Source: Macrostomum lignano (taxonomy: Eukaryota). From it: a stretch of 64,000 nt of DNA. Positions 1 to 14,800 of this stretch are shown in pieces. The translations under genes were made by a program, and so were the position numbers. The DNA lies in assembly GCA_002269645.1 (NCBI GenBank), contig NIVC01000077.1, positions 124,001 through 188,000 on the forward strand, read 5' to 3'. How positions within the stretch are numbered: position 1 is the first letter of the stretch; the number at the start of each line of letters is the position of its first letter. The notes under the pieces are model-generated. The model worked only from the letters and a program-made list of their open reading frames with translations. It was not told the DNA's origin and searched no databases.

Positions 1-265
1 AATGAAGGGTCTGGGGAGGTAGGGAATGGTCTGGGAAGGGACAAAATGAAGGGTCTGAGAGGGCAAGGAATGAAGGGTCTGGGAGGGCAAGGAATGAAGG
101 GTCTGGGAGGGCTAGGAATGAAGGGTCTGGGAGGGAAGGAATGAAGGGTCTGGGAAAAGACAGAAGGAAGGGTCTGGGGAGGTAGGGAATGGTCTGGGAA
201 GGGACAGAATGAAGGGTCTGGGAGTCTGGGAAGGGATGAATTGAATGAAGGGCCTGGGAAGGGAA
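1..265. repeat. Degenerate ~24-bp minisatellite (AAGGAATGAAGGGTCTGGGAGGGC)
   Basis: Visible tandem copies. Confidence 0.8.
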
Positions 266-1004
266 GGAATGACTTATATGGTAATCAAAATCTCCCATGT
301 AAGAAATGTAACCAGGAAGTACAAAGAATCGATACAAAGACAACAAAAGTAAAACGAAAAGTTAAACAATATTATGATTGCATTTATTTTTAGTAAATCA
401 GCTTATTCAACATTTGAAAGGCGCAGAAATATATAATTATATACACAAGCAAAATCGGCAGGTAGAGAAATTTCAGATTGAAAAATTTATCTGAATTACG
501 GCTTAAAAATCAATACAAAACTATCATTGGAACCCAAATAAAAATTGAAAAGTAAAGATCGTAGGTCCCATGAGTAGTGATTGAGTAGGTTGCGGCTGCA
601 TGCTAATCATTTATTAAATAATAAATGAATAGTGCATACGAAAAACTTTGAGACAGACAACAAAAAGGATTATATATGAGATTTAATGAACAGGAGCTAC
701 TGTGGTGTACAGCAGAGCATGCAAGATATTGTACAAATATGACGAAACTGATATGAAACACGCAAAATACGACTATCGGTTTAAATAATTATCTGGCTAG
801 TTCTCTTGTAAACAATCTGCTCAAATACGAGTACAAATTAATCAAAAAGAACTGGTCAATGAAAACATCAAAAGAATATAAGTTTAGCAAGGTCTGCTAA
901 ATAAACCAGCTCGAGAGGGTGGTAAACACACGAATCTGGTAGCCAGATAAACACATACCCTCTGCGAGATTAGTACAATTGTCAGTTAAATAAACATAAG
1001 CTTT

Positions 1005-1435
1005 CTAGCAAGATAAACACACGTGTAACCTAGACAAACACATGACTGCCAGATGAATAAACAGTGTCATCTAGATAAACACACACCTGCTAGCAAGATA
1101 AACACACGTCTAACCTAGACAAACACACGACTGCCAGATGAATAAACAGTGTCATCTAGATAAACACACATGCCAGCAAGATAAACACACGTGTAACCTA
1201 GACAAACACATGACTGCCAGATGAATAAACAGTGTCATCTAGATAAACACACATGCCAGCAAGATAAACACACGTCTAACCTAGACAAACACATGACTGC
1301 CAGATGAATAAACAGTGTCATCTAGATAAACACACATGCCAGCAAGATAAACACACGTCTAACCTAGACAAACACATGACTGCCAGATGAATAAACAGTG
1401 TCATCTAGATAAACACACATGCCAGCAAGATAAGC
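1005..1435. repeat. 83-bp tandem repeat, about 5 copies, directly 3' of the kelch stop codon
   Basis: GCAAGATAAACACAC recurs at 1176 and 1259 (period 83). Confidence 0.9.
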
Positions 1436-1445
1436 ACAAAAGCCG

Positions 1446-4400
1446 TCAAGCGGCAGCAAAAGCCACAGCAGCGGCGCCAGCCCTGCCGCTGGGCAGTGTG
1501 GCCCCGCTGGACCACCTGGCGGTGGCAGGATCGTACAGGTCCACGCAGTCGCAGTGAGTGGTGCCGTCGTAACCACCGCAGACGACAAGCAAGCTGCCCA
1601 GAGCACCAACGGCGGCCGCCTCTCTTGGAGAGCTTAGCGAAGCCAGCAAAGTCCATTGGTCGGTGAGTGGGTCGTAGCGTTCCACGCAAGCGAATCGTTT
1701 AGCGCTGGGATTCGAACTCGGGGCGTCGTGACCACCTACTGCGTAGATGTGGTCACCTAGCGCGGAGACTCCGGCGCCACCGCGCCGTTTTAATAATGGC
1801 GCGCAGAGAGACCAGCGCTGGCTGTGAGGATTGAAGCTCTCAACCTGGATTGGGAACAGTTTTGAATAGTTTCAGGCCGATTGTCTAGGATATAGAGGCG
1901 ATTTCTAGGATGTAAGTCGATTTCTAGGATGTTAAGGCGATTGTCTAGGATCTGTAAAGAGATTGTCTAAGATGTAGGGCGATTTTTAGGATGCAAAGGC
2001 GACTGTCTAGTATGTAGGGCGATTGTCTAGGATGTAGCGCGTTGGGCCATCCCACACAACATAAAAACCTTACGCCACCCAAAGCCAATTCCAAACAACA
2101 TAAAAACCTTACGCAACCCAAAGCCAATTCCAATCAACATAAAAACCTTACGCCACCCAAAGCCAATTCCAAACTAAATAAAAACCTATGCTAACCTTAA
2201 ATTCATGCAAACCCATCACTAACTCAGCTCGGACTGCATATCCCGCACTGCACTATAAACAAAAGCATAAGAAGCCAGCAAGACACTCACAGTTTTCAAA
2301 CAAGAGGACCCATCCCTGCCGCCAACAGCGTACAGCCTGCCGTGCAGGGCGGCCACGCCAACAGTAGACCTAGGCAGCGACATTGGACTAACATAAGACC
2401 AAGACTTGGCCCCGGTGTCCCAGCGCTCGACAGTGTTCAAATAGGACCAACCATCATGACCACCGATCGCGTAGACAACGCCAGCCAAGATGCCAACGCC
2501 CAGGCCGTGCCTGTGAGTGTTCATGCTCTGCAAGCTGGTCCAAGCAACCGGGCCGCCGCCACTGCCGCTCAGATTGGCGCAGATCACCGAACTAGTAGTC
2601 TTCAGGCCGTCCCGACCTCCCACTACTATTATTCTATTGTCAGGCAGACAGGCGACTCCAAACTGCAGCCGTGGACTATCCAGCTGGCCAGCCGGGTACC
2701 ATTTATTAATAAACGGATCGTAGGCAAGAATCTCCGTCAATGGCGTATCGGCTACGCCTCCTAGAAGCAGCAATTTACCGACTGTGGACAGTCTAGGCCT
2801 AGGACAGGCGTGCTGCAATTGCAGCTGAGGCCTGAGCTGATGCCTGTAAGCTTGCAAAACCTGGCGCAGGCACACGGCGCAGTCCCTAACTAACGGATGA
2901 GATTCGACGCGATTAGCCAGGTAATCTGGCGGCAGCCGGCACAGGCGTACAGTCTGCAGAGCTCTGGGGAAATCTGCCCGACGTTGCGCAAGATCCGAGT
3001 CGCACCATTTCAAAATGGCCTCGAATACGACTGATTCGTTGGCTACTCTGAGCTCGTCTGAGTCCAACAATGCCACTAGTTCGTCAATTGACAGGCCTAA
3101 GAATTCCTGGTGCATTAGTACAGATGGGAAATTGGCTACAGCGAAGGCTGACGCAGCCTGTTGCAGTTTGGAACAGTTGCGCAGCGCAGCGAATTGCCCA
3201 ATGCCTAAACAGTTGGATGCGTGCAGCTGCTTGGCCAGGTACTGGGAGGCCGCGTCAATCACGGCACGGATCTGGAGCAGGCAGGCGGCTGATAGAAGCG
3301 ACTCAACATTGTCCTGGCCCAGCTGCAGGGTGCCTGGAGTGCGCCATGGTGGTGTTTTTTTTAATTCTTACACTCTGTCGTTTATCTCATATACTCCATC
3401 TAATGGCTCTCCCTTTATCAGAGCCCTTACACTTAATCTCATCTATCCTATACCATCTCAGATTTCTCGATCTTTGTCTTATCGCACCCTCATGCTTTAT
3501 CTCAGATCTCACTCATATATTTACGCTCGTAATCTTAACGGTGAATTTCCTAATTCATACTTAATCCCAATAGCCAGAGACTCGCACCAGTGTACAGGAA
3601 GCTGACGCACTGCCTCAGCGCTTCCGGTTCAACCTCGTGCAGCGCCACCTCAGAAGCGGCCGCTTCGCTCATTCTGCCCTGAAACATGGCCCGGAAGTAG
3701 TCCGAACCGGCGCTTAATACCAGCTTGTGCGCCGGGATGCGCAGGCAGGTGGATTGCACCGAACCCGAACCGGCTGCATCACTGCACGAGTCCGCGTAGG
3801 CTATCAGGGTGACGTCAGTGAGAGCTTCGTCCGACCAGCAGGCGGCCATTTGTCTGCGGAGAGACCGGGCAAAGCATAGGTCAGGACAAGGAAAGCTCAG
3901 TGGGAGGTACGGATTCATCTCGATGAGTTAGTCGGTCGGGATCCCTAATCCGGTAGGTCAAAGTGGATCAGGTCAGTTCGAAGTTCGAATTGGATCAGGT
4001 CAGTTCAAATTGGATCAGGTCATTTCAAAGTGGGTCAGGTCAGTTCGAACTTCAAAGTGGGTCAGGTCATTTCAAAGTGGGTCAGATCAGTTCAAACTTC
4101 AAAGTGGGTCAGGCCAGTTCAAAGTGAGGCAAGTCAGTTCAAAGTGAGGCAATCAGTTCAAAGTGGGTCAGATCAGTTTGAAGTGGGTCAGGTCATTGAA
4201 AGTGGGTCAGGTCATTTCAAAGTTCGAATTGGATCAGGTCATTTCAAAGTTCGAATTGGATCAGGTCAGTTCAAATTGGATCAGGTCATTTCAAAGTGGG
4301 TCAGGTCAGTTCAAACTTCAAAGTGGGTCAGGTCATTTCAAAGTGGGTCAGATCAGTTCAAACTTCAAAGTGGGTCAGGCCAGTTCAACGTGAGGCAAGT

Positions 4401-5471
4401 CAGTTCAAAGTGAGGCAATCAGTTCAAAGTGGGTCAGATCAGTTTGAAGTGGGTCAGGTCATTGAAAGTGGGTCAGGTCATTTCAAAGTGGGTCAGGTCA
4501 GTTCAAAGTGAGACAAGTCAGTTCAAAGTGAGGCAAGTTAGTTCAAAGTGGGTCAGATCAGTTCAAAGTGGGTCAGGTTATTTCAAAGTTATTCAGGTCA
4601 TTTTAAAGTGGGTCCGGTCATTTTAAAGTGGGTCAGGTCATTTCAAAGTGGGTCAGATCAGTTCAAACTTCAAAGTGGGTCAAGTCATTTCAAAGTGGGT
4701 CAGGTCATTTCAAAGTGGGTCAGATCAGTTCAAACTTCAAAGTGGGTCAAGTCATTTCAAAGTGGGTCAGGTCATTTCAAAGTGGGTCAGATCATTTCAA
4801 AGTGGGTCAGGCCAGTTCAAAAGGAGGCAAGTCAGTTCAAAGTGGGTCAGGTCATTTCAAAGTGGGTCAGGTCAGTTCAAAGTGAGACAAGTCAGTTCAA
4901 AGTGAGGCAAGTTAGTTCAAAGTGGGTCAGATCATTTCAAAGTGGGTCAGGTCATTTTAAAGTTATTCAGGTCATTTTAAAGTGGGTCAGGTCATTTTAA
5001 AGTGGGTCAGGTTTTTTAAAAAAAAGGTGGCAAGGTCATTTGAAAGTGGGTCAGGTCAGTTCAAAGTGAGGCAAGTCAGTTCAAAGTGGGTCAGGTCAGG
5101 TCAAAGCGGGCCAGACCAGTTCAAAGTTGATCAGGTCAGTTCAAAGCAGATCAGGTTCAGTTCAGTGTGTGAGCAAGAGTGCTCACTGCTAAATGATCAG
5201 GCCAGACACAAATTGCAATCACCTCAGCAACCGATCCGGATGCTCAACATCCGTCACCAGATCAACGATAGCCGAATCCGAATCGCTCTGATTGTCAGTT
5301 GCAGTTTCACTTGGCTGGAGGCCGCATTCAATCATGTCTGACCGTACTGGCGATGACGGTGCAACAGCCTGCGCTCTCAATTGTAAGGGCTGCGGCAGTG
5401 TGCGCTGACTCTCCGCTGCATTGGCTGGCAGGCTGCGACTAGCCGAGTGATTGGCAGCCAGTGACAGGTAG
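1446..5471 (-). CDS. KLHL5: Kelch-like protein of the KLHL1/KLHL4/KLHL5 group (BTB-BACK-Kelch); exons 5471-5223, 3853-3588, 3333-2291, 1844-1446
   Basis: The spliced reading gives EHPDRLLR|QMAACWSDEALTDVTLIAY...IPAHKLVLSAGSDYFRAMF (BTB), VANESVVFEAILKW (BACK) and kelch repeats RHGLGVGILAGVVYAIGGHDGWSYLNTVERWD, RSTVGVAALHGRLYAVGGRDGSSCLKT|VESFNP and KRRGGAGVSALGDHIYAVGGHDAP. All junctions are GT-AG and phase-compatible. Which paralogue (KLHL1/4/5) it is cannot be resolved. Confidence 0.9.
3955..5165. repeat. ~20-bp intronic minisatellite (CAAAGTGGGTCAGGTCA(T/G)TT)
   Basis: Tandem array inside the kelch intron 3854-5222. Confidence 0.95.
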
Positions 5472-6113
5472 CTGGCAGGTTAGAGGGGCGAGTCCGTGTT
5501 ACAGGGGTAAGGTTTCAAGTGCGAACTAGTTCTGTGTCTATTCTAAGCCTAATTCTGTGCATCTATTCTCAGCCTAATTCTGTGTCTATTCTCAGCCTAA
5601 TTCTGTGTCTATTCTCAGCCTAATTCTGTGCATCGATTCTCAGCGTAATTCTATGTCTATTCCCAGCCTAATGATGTCTATTCTCGGTCTAATTCTGTGT
5701 CTAAATATCTGTAGGTCATAGTCTCCATCTTACAGTCTTCATCCCATAGCTTCATCCTATGACACTTTGTAAACGGATGATTAAGGATATTCAAAATAGA
5801 TGTAAATGCTCCGAATAAATTTATACGAATGATGACGCGGAGTGAACCATACAAAACTAAGGATAATATGGACTAACTGAATGAGGGAACCATATCTGAG
5901 TAAGGACAATGGTTCCAGTATTAACTAGTCTAATGTTAACAAAGGAAAACGTTGGGGCTCGTAAATTACGCTTAATGCAATTTACTCGAGTTTTCAGGTT
6001 TGCTAGTTTACGTACATGAATCGCATTTTGAGATTACTGTTAGATCGCTTTATCATATCCCGTAATTATTCGCTTTTCTAAATATAGCTAAAAAGTCATT
6101 GATTTTCTGGCCA

Positions 6114-6297
<184 letters not shown>

Positions 6298-7454
6298 AAC
6301 AAACAAAGTATTATGCAGGACTTTAGAAGAAACAGAAATTCATTACTCTCCAGGTAATTCAGCTTGAAGGCCCAGTAAATATGAAAACATACATTGACTA
6401 TTAATGAATTGCTGTTTCGCATTGACTCCCGCTCCAGCACTAGTCTCGCATGGAATTACAGAGTCAAGAGATTGTCAACATTTCTGTCCTATTGGCATTG
6501 AGTGCAAGCATTTCGCCTATTTGCTAATCGGAAAGCCTCCGTAGCCTCTGGAAATGTCATGCAGATTTATGCCAAGTCGCATGCATGCATGCAAGTCCCT
6601 CTGATCCATTATTAGCAAACGAAATGTGAAACCAGGGCCCTGCTCCATAGCCCCATGACTGGTGGGCCATTGAAAAGCAACAAATCATTTGGACTGGCTA
6701 AATAAAGCAAAGCAACTTACCCAACCAGTTGCAGGTAGGTTTTCGACATCAAAGAGAATAATCTGAGCCTTTTCCCTATGCCTATTATATACCTTTATCC
6801 CGACTTAGGCCTACTAAAAAACTGAGCAGCGAGAAGGAAAGTCTTTGTATAAAGCCACGGCGAGACTTGACCTGTACTCACTACCTTTATAAGGGATGTT
6901 GCCTTTGCCTTGAGGCAAAACTGCGGCAAACACATAGGTGACAGGGAGAAGCGGAAAAGCTAGACAGACGAGCCGGGCAAAGGAGCGGAGGACTGGATGA
7001 GGAAAACTGGGCAATCAGATGGAGAATTGAGGGGCGGGGATGGAGAGAAAGGGGGCAAAAAGGGCGAGGCTGGAGGGCAGGGAGGGGAAACTGAGACAGG
7101 AAAATGCGAGTGGGAAGCTGGGGAGTTGATGCAGCGCCTGGATGGATAGAAAGAGACACTGCAGGAGCAAAAAGGACCACTCGCATACCCTTTCTCTTTG
7201 CTTCTCCTCTCCTTGTGATCGCTCGGTACCCTTTTCACTCTGCGTTTTCTCTTGACTGCTCCTTGCCGTCCAGTTACTCTGTGACACCCACAAAACAGAC
7301 GCGTACACTGCCGCCTCCTGACTCGCATGAACTATTCAAATGGAATTTATTAGTTTTACTGGTAGGAGATGACTCTCCCTGCCCAGTCTACACTCGTAGT
7401 ATGCCTTCACTACTCTAGTGGATGACTCTGCACACTTTTAGAGTCTTTGCCCTA

Positions 7455-7850
7455 CCAAATCTAACGAATGTCTTTGCTCAATCTGACGAATGTGTCTGTG
7501 ACCAATCTAACGAATATGTCTGTGACCAATCTGACGAATGTGTCTGTGACCAATCTGACGAATGTGTCTGTGACCAATCTGACGAATATGTCTGTGACCA
7601 ATCTAAAGAATGTGTCTGACCAATCTAACGAATATGACTGTGACCAATCTAACGAATATGTCTGTGACCAATCTAAAGAATGTGTCTGTGACCAATCTGA
7701 CGAATGTGTCTGTGACCAATCTGACGAATGTGTCTGTGACCAATCTGACGAATGTGTCTGTGACCAATCTAACGAATATGACTGTGACCAATCTAACGAA
7801 TATGACTGTGACCAATCTAACGAATGTATCTTCGTCCAATCTAACCAATG
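7455..7850. repeat. 24-bp minisatellite (TGTGTCTGTGACCAATCTGACGAA)
   Basis: Direct reading. Confidence 0.95.
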
Positions 7851-7911
7851 TCTTTCCATTCGATTCTATGAACATTCTGAATGTGTCCCTTGCGCCCGTC
7901 TCTTTCTGTCC

Positions 7912-7947
<36 letters not shown>

Positions 7948-8544
7948 GCCTGTCTGGTCTAGTCTGGAAACCGCGGACTGCATCATCAGCACTTAGAGCA
8001 TCAGCAACCGAGTCCTAAACAAGAAAGAGGATTACGTCCGCAACTAGATCGGGGCATGATAAGATGCCAGCCACTCCAGCACTCTAGCCTCACTATCACT
8101 AGGCATGCTTATTGCTTTATGTGCATCCATCTGAGCCCTCCGAGGGTCCGCTAGGTCTCGATTCCCCTTCACCCGGCCCTCAAGCACACTCAAGCTTTGC
8201 ATCTCCTTTATTATTACTACTTGCTGCTGGTATACGCGTACTGTCTCCTCTGCTTGATTCTCTCTTCTCTCTGCGACCCAAGATAAAAAGCTAACTTATA
8301 TGCAACATGCGCTGCGAACTGCAAACGAATAGGAATAGGGACAGGAGAGACAGAGACAGAGAGAGAAACAGAGGGGCAAATACATGTGCATAGCTAAACA
8401 AGTATTTTCTGCGATGGCACGTACAAATGGTTTTTATCATAGTGTACGCCTGCACATTTGTACATAGCTATGGTCTTGGCTAAGTACTATTTATGCTCCA
8501 AAAGTGACTAAGTTTCAATATGATTGAAGTAGACTAAGATGAAT

Positions 8545-9205
8545 TGGATAAGTTGACTGAGATTGATGAGTTAGAGAAGTAGACTGAGATTGGTGAGTTA
8601 AAGAAGTAGACTGAGATTGATTTGGAGAAGTAGACTGAGATCGATGAGTTGGAGAAGTAGACTGAGATCGATGAGTTGGAGAAGTAGACTGAGATTGGTG
8701 AGTTAAAGAAGTAGACTGAGATTGATTTGGAGAATTAGACTGAGATCGATGAGTTGGAGAAGTAGACTGAGATCGATGAGTTGGAGAAGTAGACTGAGAT
8801 TGGTGAGTTAAAGAAGTAGACTGAGATTGATTTGGAGAAGTAGACTGAGATTGATGAGTTAGAGAAGTAGACTGAGATTGATGAGTAAGAAGAGAATAAA
8901 ACTGAGATTGATGAGTTAGAGAAGTAGACTGAGATCGATGAGTTGGAGAAGTAGACTGAGATTGGTGAGTTAAAGAAGTAGACTGAGATTGATTTGGAGA
9001 AGTAGACTGAGATTGATGAGTTAGAGAAGTAGACTGAGATTGATGAGTTGGAGAAGTAGACTGAGATTGATGAGTTGGCGAAGTAGACTGAGATTGATGA
9101 GTTGGAGAATTAGACTGAGATCGATGAGTTGGAGAAGTAGACTGGGATTGATGAGTAAGAAGAGAATTAGACTGAGATCGATGAGTTGGCGAAGTAGACA
9201 GAGAT
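8545..9205. repeat. ~27-bp minisatellite (GAGAAGTAGACTGAGATTGATGAGTTG)
   Basis: Direct reading. Confidence 0.95.
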
Positions 9206-10599
9206 CGTGACAAATATTTATTCAATAGAAGCAAGCTGAGATCAGAATAATGAAAGTTTGTCGCTAAGCTACAGTGCAGAGTTTTACAATCCTATCTTAA
9301 GCATTATAGTACTTTAAGCACTTAGTCCGCAAAAGGTGAAACAGCTCACACACTAGCTAGCAATATGAGGTGCGGGAAATGAAGAAAAAGCACCAGACGA
9401 AAGCAAAAAAACTGCGGCTAAAGCAACAAGCCTAGCCTTAGAGCGTCAATCCATAATTCGAGTCCCAGAAGCAAGCGGCCTGCTAACATTTTGCTTCTGT
9501 ATGGAGAGAGGGCGAAGAGAAGAGAAATAGGAGAGGTGGCGAACCCATCAGATTAACGCCAAGCCTTAGCTGTCGAGCCGGAGGGCTAATCAATTTCAAC
9601 AGAGTGCGCAGCGCTGCCAGTCTCTCTGCTTTAAAAAATCCTTTTTTCAAGCCGTCCTCTTCTGGGGCACTTCTAGCGGCTCTTACCCATCCGTGTTCTT
9701 AGCATTTATATCCAGCGCTATCTTATTCCCGATTTACCAAGCAGCGCAGTTACTAGGCACATGTATACGAGTATATCAGACTGTTCCAATCCAGTGCGTC
9801 CAATTTTCCTCCTTACGGAATTACGATCTTCACACTTCAATCGTGTGATAAGCCAATGCAAACAAGCCGAGACCACCCCAGGGCTGTTAGTCATTAGTGG
9901 AAAGAGGCATGTGTGAATAAAATGGGAACAGAGAATGGAATAAAATCATCGCGGGGTGCGCCATGATGAATAAAACAAAAGGTGGAGAAGAGCGAGAGTG
10001 ACAATTTGTGCCCGCAAGAGTCTGAGAGGGAAGAATAGAATATACGAGAGCCGCACTTGTGTAGTGCTATAGACAATAGTGGGACAAGCGGTGACTGCAG
10101 GTAAAAAAATAATAGCTCTCAACTCGACATTTACTATCTACTGAAGTCGGAGGACTTCCTACTCAATGGGACGCTTAGTGGTGAAAAAATATGACTCCGC
10201 AGACTGCGAGCCCTATTACCAAAGGCAGCCCATTTAAACAGATCAATGAATCGTTAGGTAACGATTATGGAATTAATACATCATAAAAGTTATAGCTATT
10301 CAATATTGTACTTTACTACTGCCGTACTGTGCTACCCTTTTACTAACAGTGTCTCATTCTGTTACAACTAAGGTCTCTAACAGTGAATTTCTTACCACAC
10401 ATGTCTCCTTACCATGCGCATAATGGTCTACCTCTATCAAACTGTTCTACCTTCCTGTCGCTATAAGATGTTCCGGATGTCTCAGATGTATCAGATGTCA
10501 CTATCAAATTGTCTCTGTCAACCTGTCTATAAACCTATTTCCATTAACTTGTCTAAGCCTGTCTTCATCAGCTTGGCTCAGCCTGTCTCCATCAACCTA

Positions 10600-11145
10600 T
10601 ACCATCCACGTCTTTATCAACCTGTCTCAACCTGTCCCATCCTGTCTATCAACCTGTCCCATCCTGTCTATCAACCTGTCTCAACCTGTCCCATCCTGTC
10701 TATCAACCTGTCTCAACCTGTCCCATCCTGTCCATCAACCTGTCTCAACCTGTCCCATCCTGTCTATCAACCTGTCCCATCCTGTCTATCAACCTGTCAA
10801 AACCTGTCCCATCCTGTCTATCAACCTGTCAAAACCTGTCCCATCCTGTCTATCAACCTGTCCCATCCTGTCTATCAACCTGTCCCATCCTGTCTATCAA
10901 CCTGTCAAAACCTGTCCCATCCTGTCTATCAACCTGTCCCATCCTGTCTATCAACCTGTCAAAACCTGTCCCATCCTGTCTATCAACCTGTCAAAACCTG
11001 TCCCATCCTGTCTATCAACCTGTCAAAGCCTGTCCCATCCTGTCTATCAACCTGCCAAAACCTGTCCCATCCTGTCTATCAACCTGTCTCAACCTGTCCC
11101 ATCCTTTCTATCAACCTTTCCCATCCAGTCTGTATCAACCTGTCT
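10600..11145. repeat. Minisatellite of CCTGTCCCATCCTGTCTATCAA variants
   Basis: Direct reading. Confidence 0.95.
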
Positions 11146-13226
11146 CAACTAGATTTTTCGCAGACTCCAAAAGTTTAAACGAAACGACATGTGGAGAATA
11201 AAGGCTAAACTTTATTAACTAGAAGAAGCACTGAAACACTGAGCGAGCCATAAAAATCGATAATATGCCTCAGAACAGCCTATGCCTCCCAGTGCAAAAA
11301 GTACTCTAACGTACTTTACAAAAGCTTGGCTCTTCCAAAGAGATACTTTCCTGTAATACGAAGGACTATAATCAGCATTGTCATACATAATTTACAAAAC
11401 TGGCCACCTTAAACCATTGATTAGCACAGTTAGTTCTCAGAATATCTCAGCAGCATTACAGTGTGTAGAATAGATATAAAACTTCTAATTAACTAATAGG
11501 GCATAACCTTAAAATATTTATAAAATAATTATTAAAGACAGCTAAAAAGCCACACAACACAACTTGTGCATAAGATATGAAAAATGTACTTGCCAGCATG
11601 TTGTGGTGTATTTTTAATACACATATTGTTACTTACATAAAAATCAGTACTACAATAAAAGATTATTATAGCGAAAACTACTACGGCAATATGCCCCAGC
11701 AGTGCCCTATAGGAATCGCCAAGAATTAAATCATTAACACAGAAGGTAGATATGATTTATGAAACTGCCAATAAGAAGGTACACATAATATTGAATTATT
11801 AATACAGGTCATTATTGTTAATTGGAATGGAATCGATTGGTTTATAGCAAATAAAGCAATTCATGCAAAACACGAGAAATGTTATTGGACAAGAATGTAC
11901 TAAACTGTTTCAGTAAAAGTTAGCTCATCACGTACAGCGCCGCAGTTCCTATGATTATGGGCATAGGCACATACAGGTAGGAATGATGCAGTAGAAAAAC
12001 CGCAGTATTTGAATTCAGTGAATTCAGGAATGTTATAAAATTTATAGAGAACAAACTTGCCCTGTCAGATTTAGATATGCATTATTACAATACAATGTTT
12101 AATAAAGATAGCATATTCTTAAAAAGTAAAAAAACATGAGTTGACAAGACACAGTTTCTATCCTAGATTTCAATTTTTAGTAAACTTCAAGAAATGAAGC
12201 ACTCGAACAGTCAGATTTGACATTTATTAAAATGTAGTTAACATTTGTAGTTTGAAATATTATGTTACGCGTGCCAGTTAGAAAGCATTGATATTGGATA
12301 GAGCATAGGGTGCCAATAAGACAAAATAAATCATAATTACCTTACCTGTTGGTTCATAAAAAATTACTGATCTCCAAGATATACTCGTAATTATTGAATA
12401 TTATTCAAAGTAAAAAATCTAGGTGACGTATTAGCACCCTATGATTAAGCGATATTAATATTTATTTTTTTGCGTTCTATAGAACATTTTTGCTTTCAAT
12501 TAAATAATGCCTGCCTCGAAGTTGTATAGCTTTTGAAACTTTATTTAAGAATCCGAGCATTCATTTCAAGACAATGACAATCATATTCAACAATATTTCT
12601 ACTCTTGTCTATGGTCAAAACAGTCTCTGGCACAGGCAGAGTTTTTCTGAGCCGATGCTCAGAAATTTAAGACATTTCACACTTGAACAACAACAACAGC
12701 CATGCCACTAAAGTGCGCGGTAGCTAATTGCAATAACTGCGTTTCTGATGCATCTGTATTAATTTTAAGCATCGGCTTTGTACACCATTCTAGCCACAAC
12801 TTGTGCCATAGACTAAAAAGCTTGGTGACCGGAGAGGGTGGGTGGATTCTAAAAATCGGCTTCAGATTTTAATCCTTATTGACACTCTATACTAGGCGAC
12901 CTCAATACTCTTTGGTTACAAAATACATATTTTTGTTAAATGATTCCCGGTCCCAGTTTAAATTCCCAGCCTGAATTCAACTTTTTGCTGTCTCTGCACT
13001 CTGCGCGTACACGGTTTTGGCCATAGACAATATAGAATTCAATCCGCACGAGTGTCATAGACATTTAAGCACTCAAAACCAAGTATTGAGTAGTATTGTA
13101 ACACGATACATATTTCTCGTGCATTAAATGGCCGCCTTTTTGAATTGAACGCTAAAATTATTCACTAGAACGCAAATAGACATATAGTAGTCTTTAGTAT
13201 TCAAACATATTAGCAATGCCACAGTT

Positions 13227-13709
13227 TTACATAGAAAATGTGAACAGCAGCCACAATGAGCCGGCAGACAGCAAGGACACGGTCCGCAGACCAGGCGACA
13301 TTCGATAACCGTCAAGAGTGGCATAGAAGTTGCACAATTCGCCAGAGCAGCATTCCAAACAGCGCCAATCGTTGTACCATTCCCGGTTGCATTGAATAGC
13401 CATATTATCGCTATCAGATCGACACTTCTCCAGCGAAGTACAATTCTTGGTTAGGAAATGACTTCGATCGCCATTCTGCTGCCAATACTGGGTTGGCAGC
13501 CGGTATTCAATCAGTGAATAGCAGGCATTCTCGTGCTGCTGGCACTGCCTGCTGGTCTTAATGCATTTGTCATCGTTGCCCTCCTGATTGTTGCAGACGT
13601 AGCACTCCATGGCCTGCGCCGAGAGCAGGCACGTTGCCAGCGCAAACACGCGCAACCAAGTGGTTGCTATGCGACAGCCACCCCTACTCGAGGCTTTCAT
13701 TGAAGGCAT
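13227..13709 (-). CDS. Ly6/uPAR three-finger protein (quiver/coiled-like), signal peptide plus probable GPI-anchor tail, intronless
   Basis: Hydrophobic signal (VFALATCLLSAQA), then MECYVCNNQEGNDDKC...C...CY...KNC...KC...QC...WRCLECCSGELCN with a 10-Cys pattern and terminal CCxxxxCN, then a hydrophobic C-terminus. It resembles the Drosophila septate-junction Ly6 protein coiled (from memory). Confidence 0.85.
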   Translation of the reverse strand: MPSMKASSRGGCRIATTWLRVFALATCLLSAQAMECYVCNNQEGNDDKCIKTSRQCQQHENACYSLIEYRLPTQYWQQNGDRSHFLTKNCTSLEKCRSDSDNMAIQCNREWYNDWRCLECCSGELCNFYATLDGYRMSPGLRTVSLLSAGSLWLLFTFSM

Positions 13710-14274
13710 TTAAATTATCAAAATAAGTTGAGAAAGTAACAAAATGTATGCTTGGCATGCATTAAACAATTTTAAAGTTGTTAGCTGCTTGAAATAAAAA
13801 ACAAATTCTAAATAAACAAAAAATTTCTATTGATTTATGTTCTTTTTTGCAAAATATTGTTGTCCTAACCAATTGTTAGATAGCAATATATTGCAGTTTT
13901 CCTATCGCGGTTAACACGACTGAAAGTTTTATGGTCAAAGTGCATAGCCTTCCGAGGGATTCATGAAAATAGCTCGGGAAAAGGCATGCTTAATCGTATA
14001 TAAACATTTACATAAAGATTTTACGGCATATTAGAACATTACCAAATAAAATCCCGAAGAACGCAAATATTGTCCCGGAAAATCTTTAAATTTACGTTTT
14101 ATTATCCTCTAAATCTCTGAATTTGTTAGTTAAGTGCAAAAAAGCAGGCAGGAAACGGCTTCACTCTTGCCAAGCTTGTCTGTGGTATATACTCACTTGG
14201 TTGCTATGCTAAACTATCTACATGTTAGTTGCACAATATTCAGACCTAGCAGGGAGTTCTGCGATATATTATCA

Positions 14275-14382
14275 TCGATAGACAGATGATATAGATAGAT
14301 TAGATAATAGATGGATGATAGATAGATACATAGATAGATAGATAAAAAGATGATAGATAGATGGATTAGATAATAGATAGAT

Positions 14383-14442
<60 letters not shown>

Positions 14443-14453
14443 TATAAATATAT

Positions 14454-14514
<61 letters not shown>

Positions 14515-14539
14515 ATAGATGATAGATAGATAGATAGAT

Positions 14540-14604
<65 letters not shown>

Positions 14605-14625
14605 ATAGATGATAGATAGATAGAT
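14275..14625. repeat. (GATA)n microsatellite
   Basis: Direct reading. Confidence 0.98.
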
Positions 14626-14741
14626 AAAACGCAACTCTACTTTAGCAGGGGGGGGCAACAAAAAGCGACAAGTATATAAAAATACTGAAGGTCTTAAGCA
14701 TTCGCCGAGCTAACGATGAATGGGAAATCAGTAGCAATTAC

Positions 14742-14800
14742 GGGGCGCAGAGCAGCTCAGCGGTAAACGCGCCCGACTCTCGCACTGTCTGTTCGATTAT
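14742..14800 (+). other. Degenerate tRNA-like/SINE head (A-box and B-box)
   Basis: GGGGCGC...CAGCTCAGCGGTAAACGCGC...GTTCGATT. It does not fold into a full cloverleaf. Confidence 0.3.
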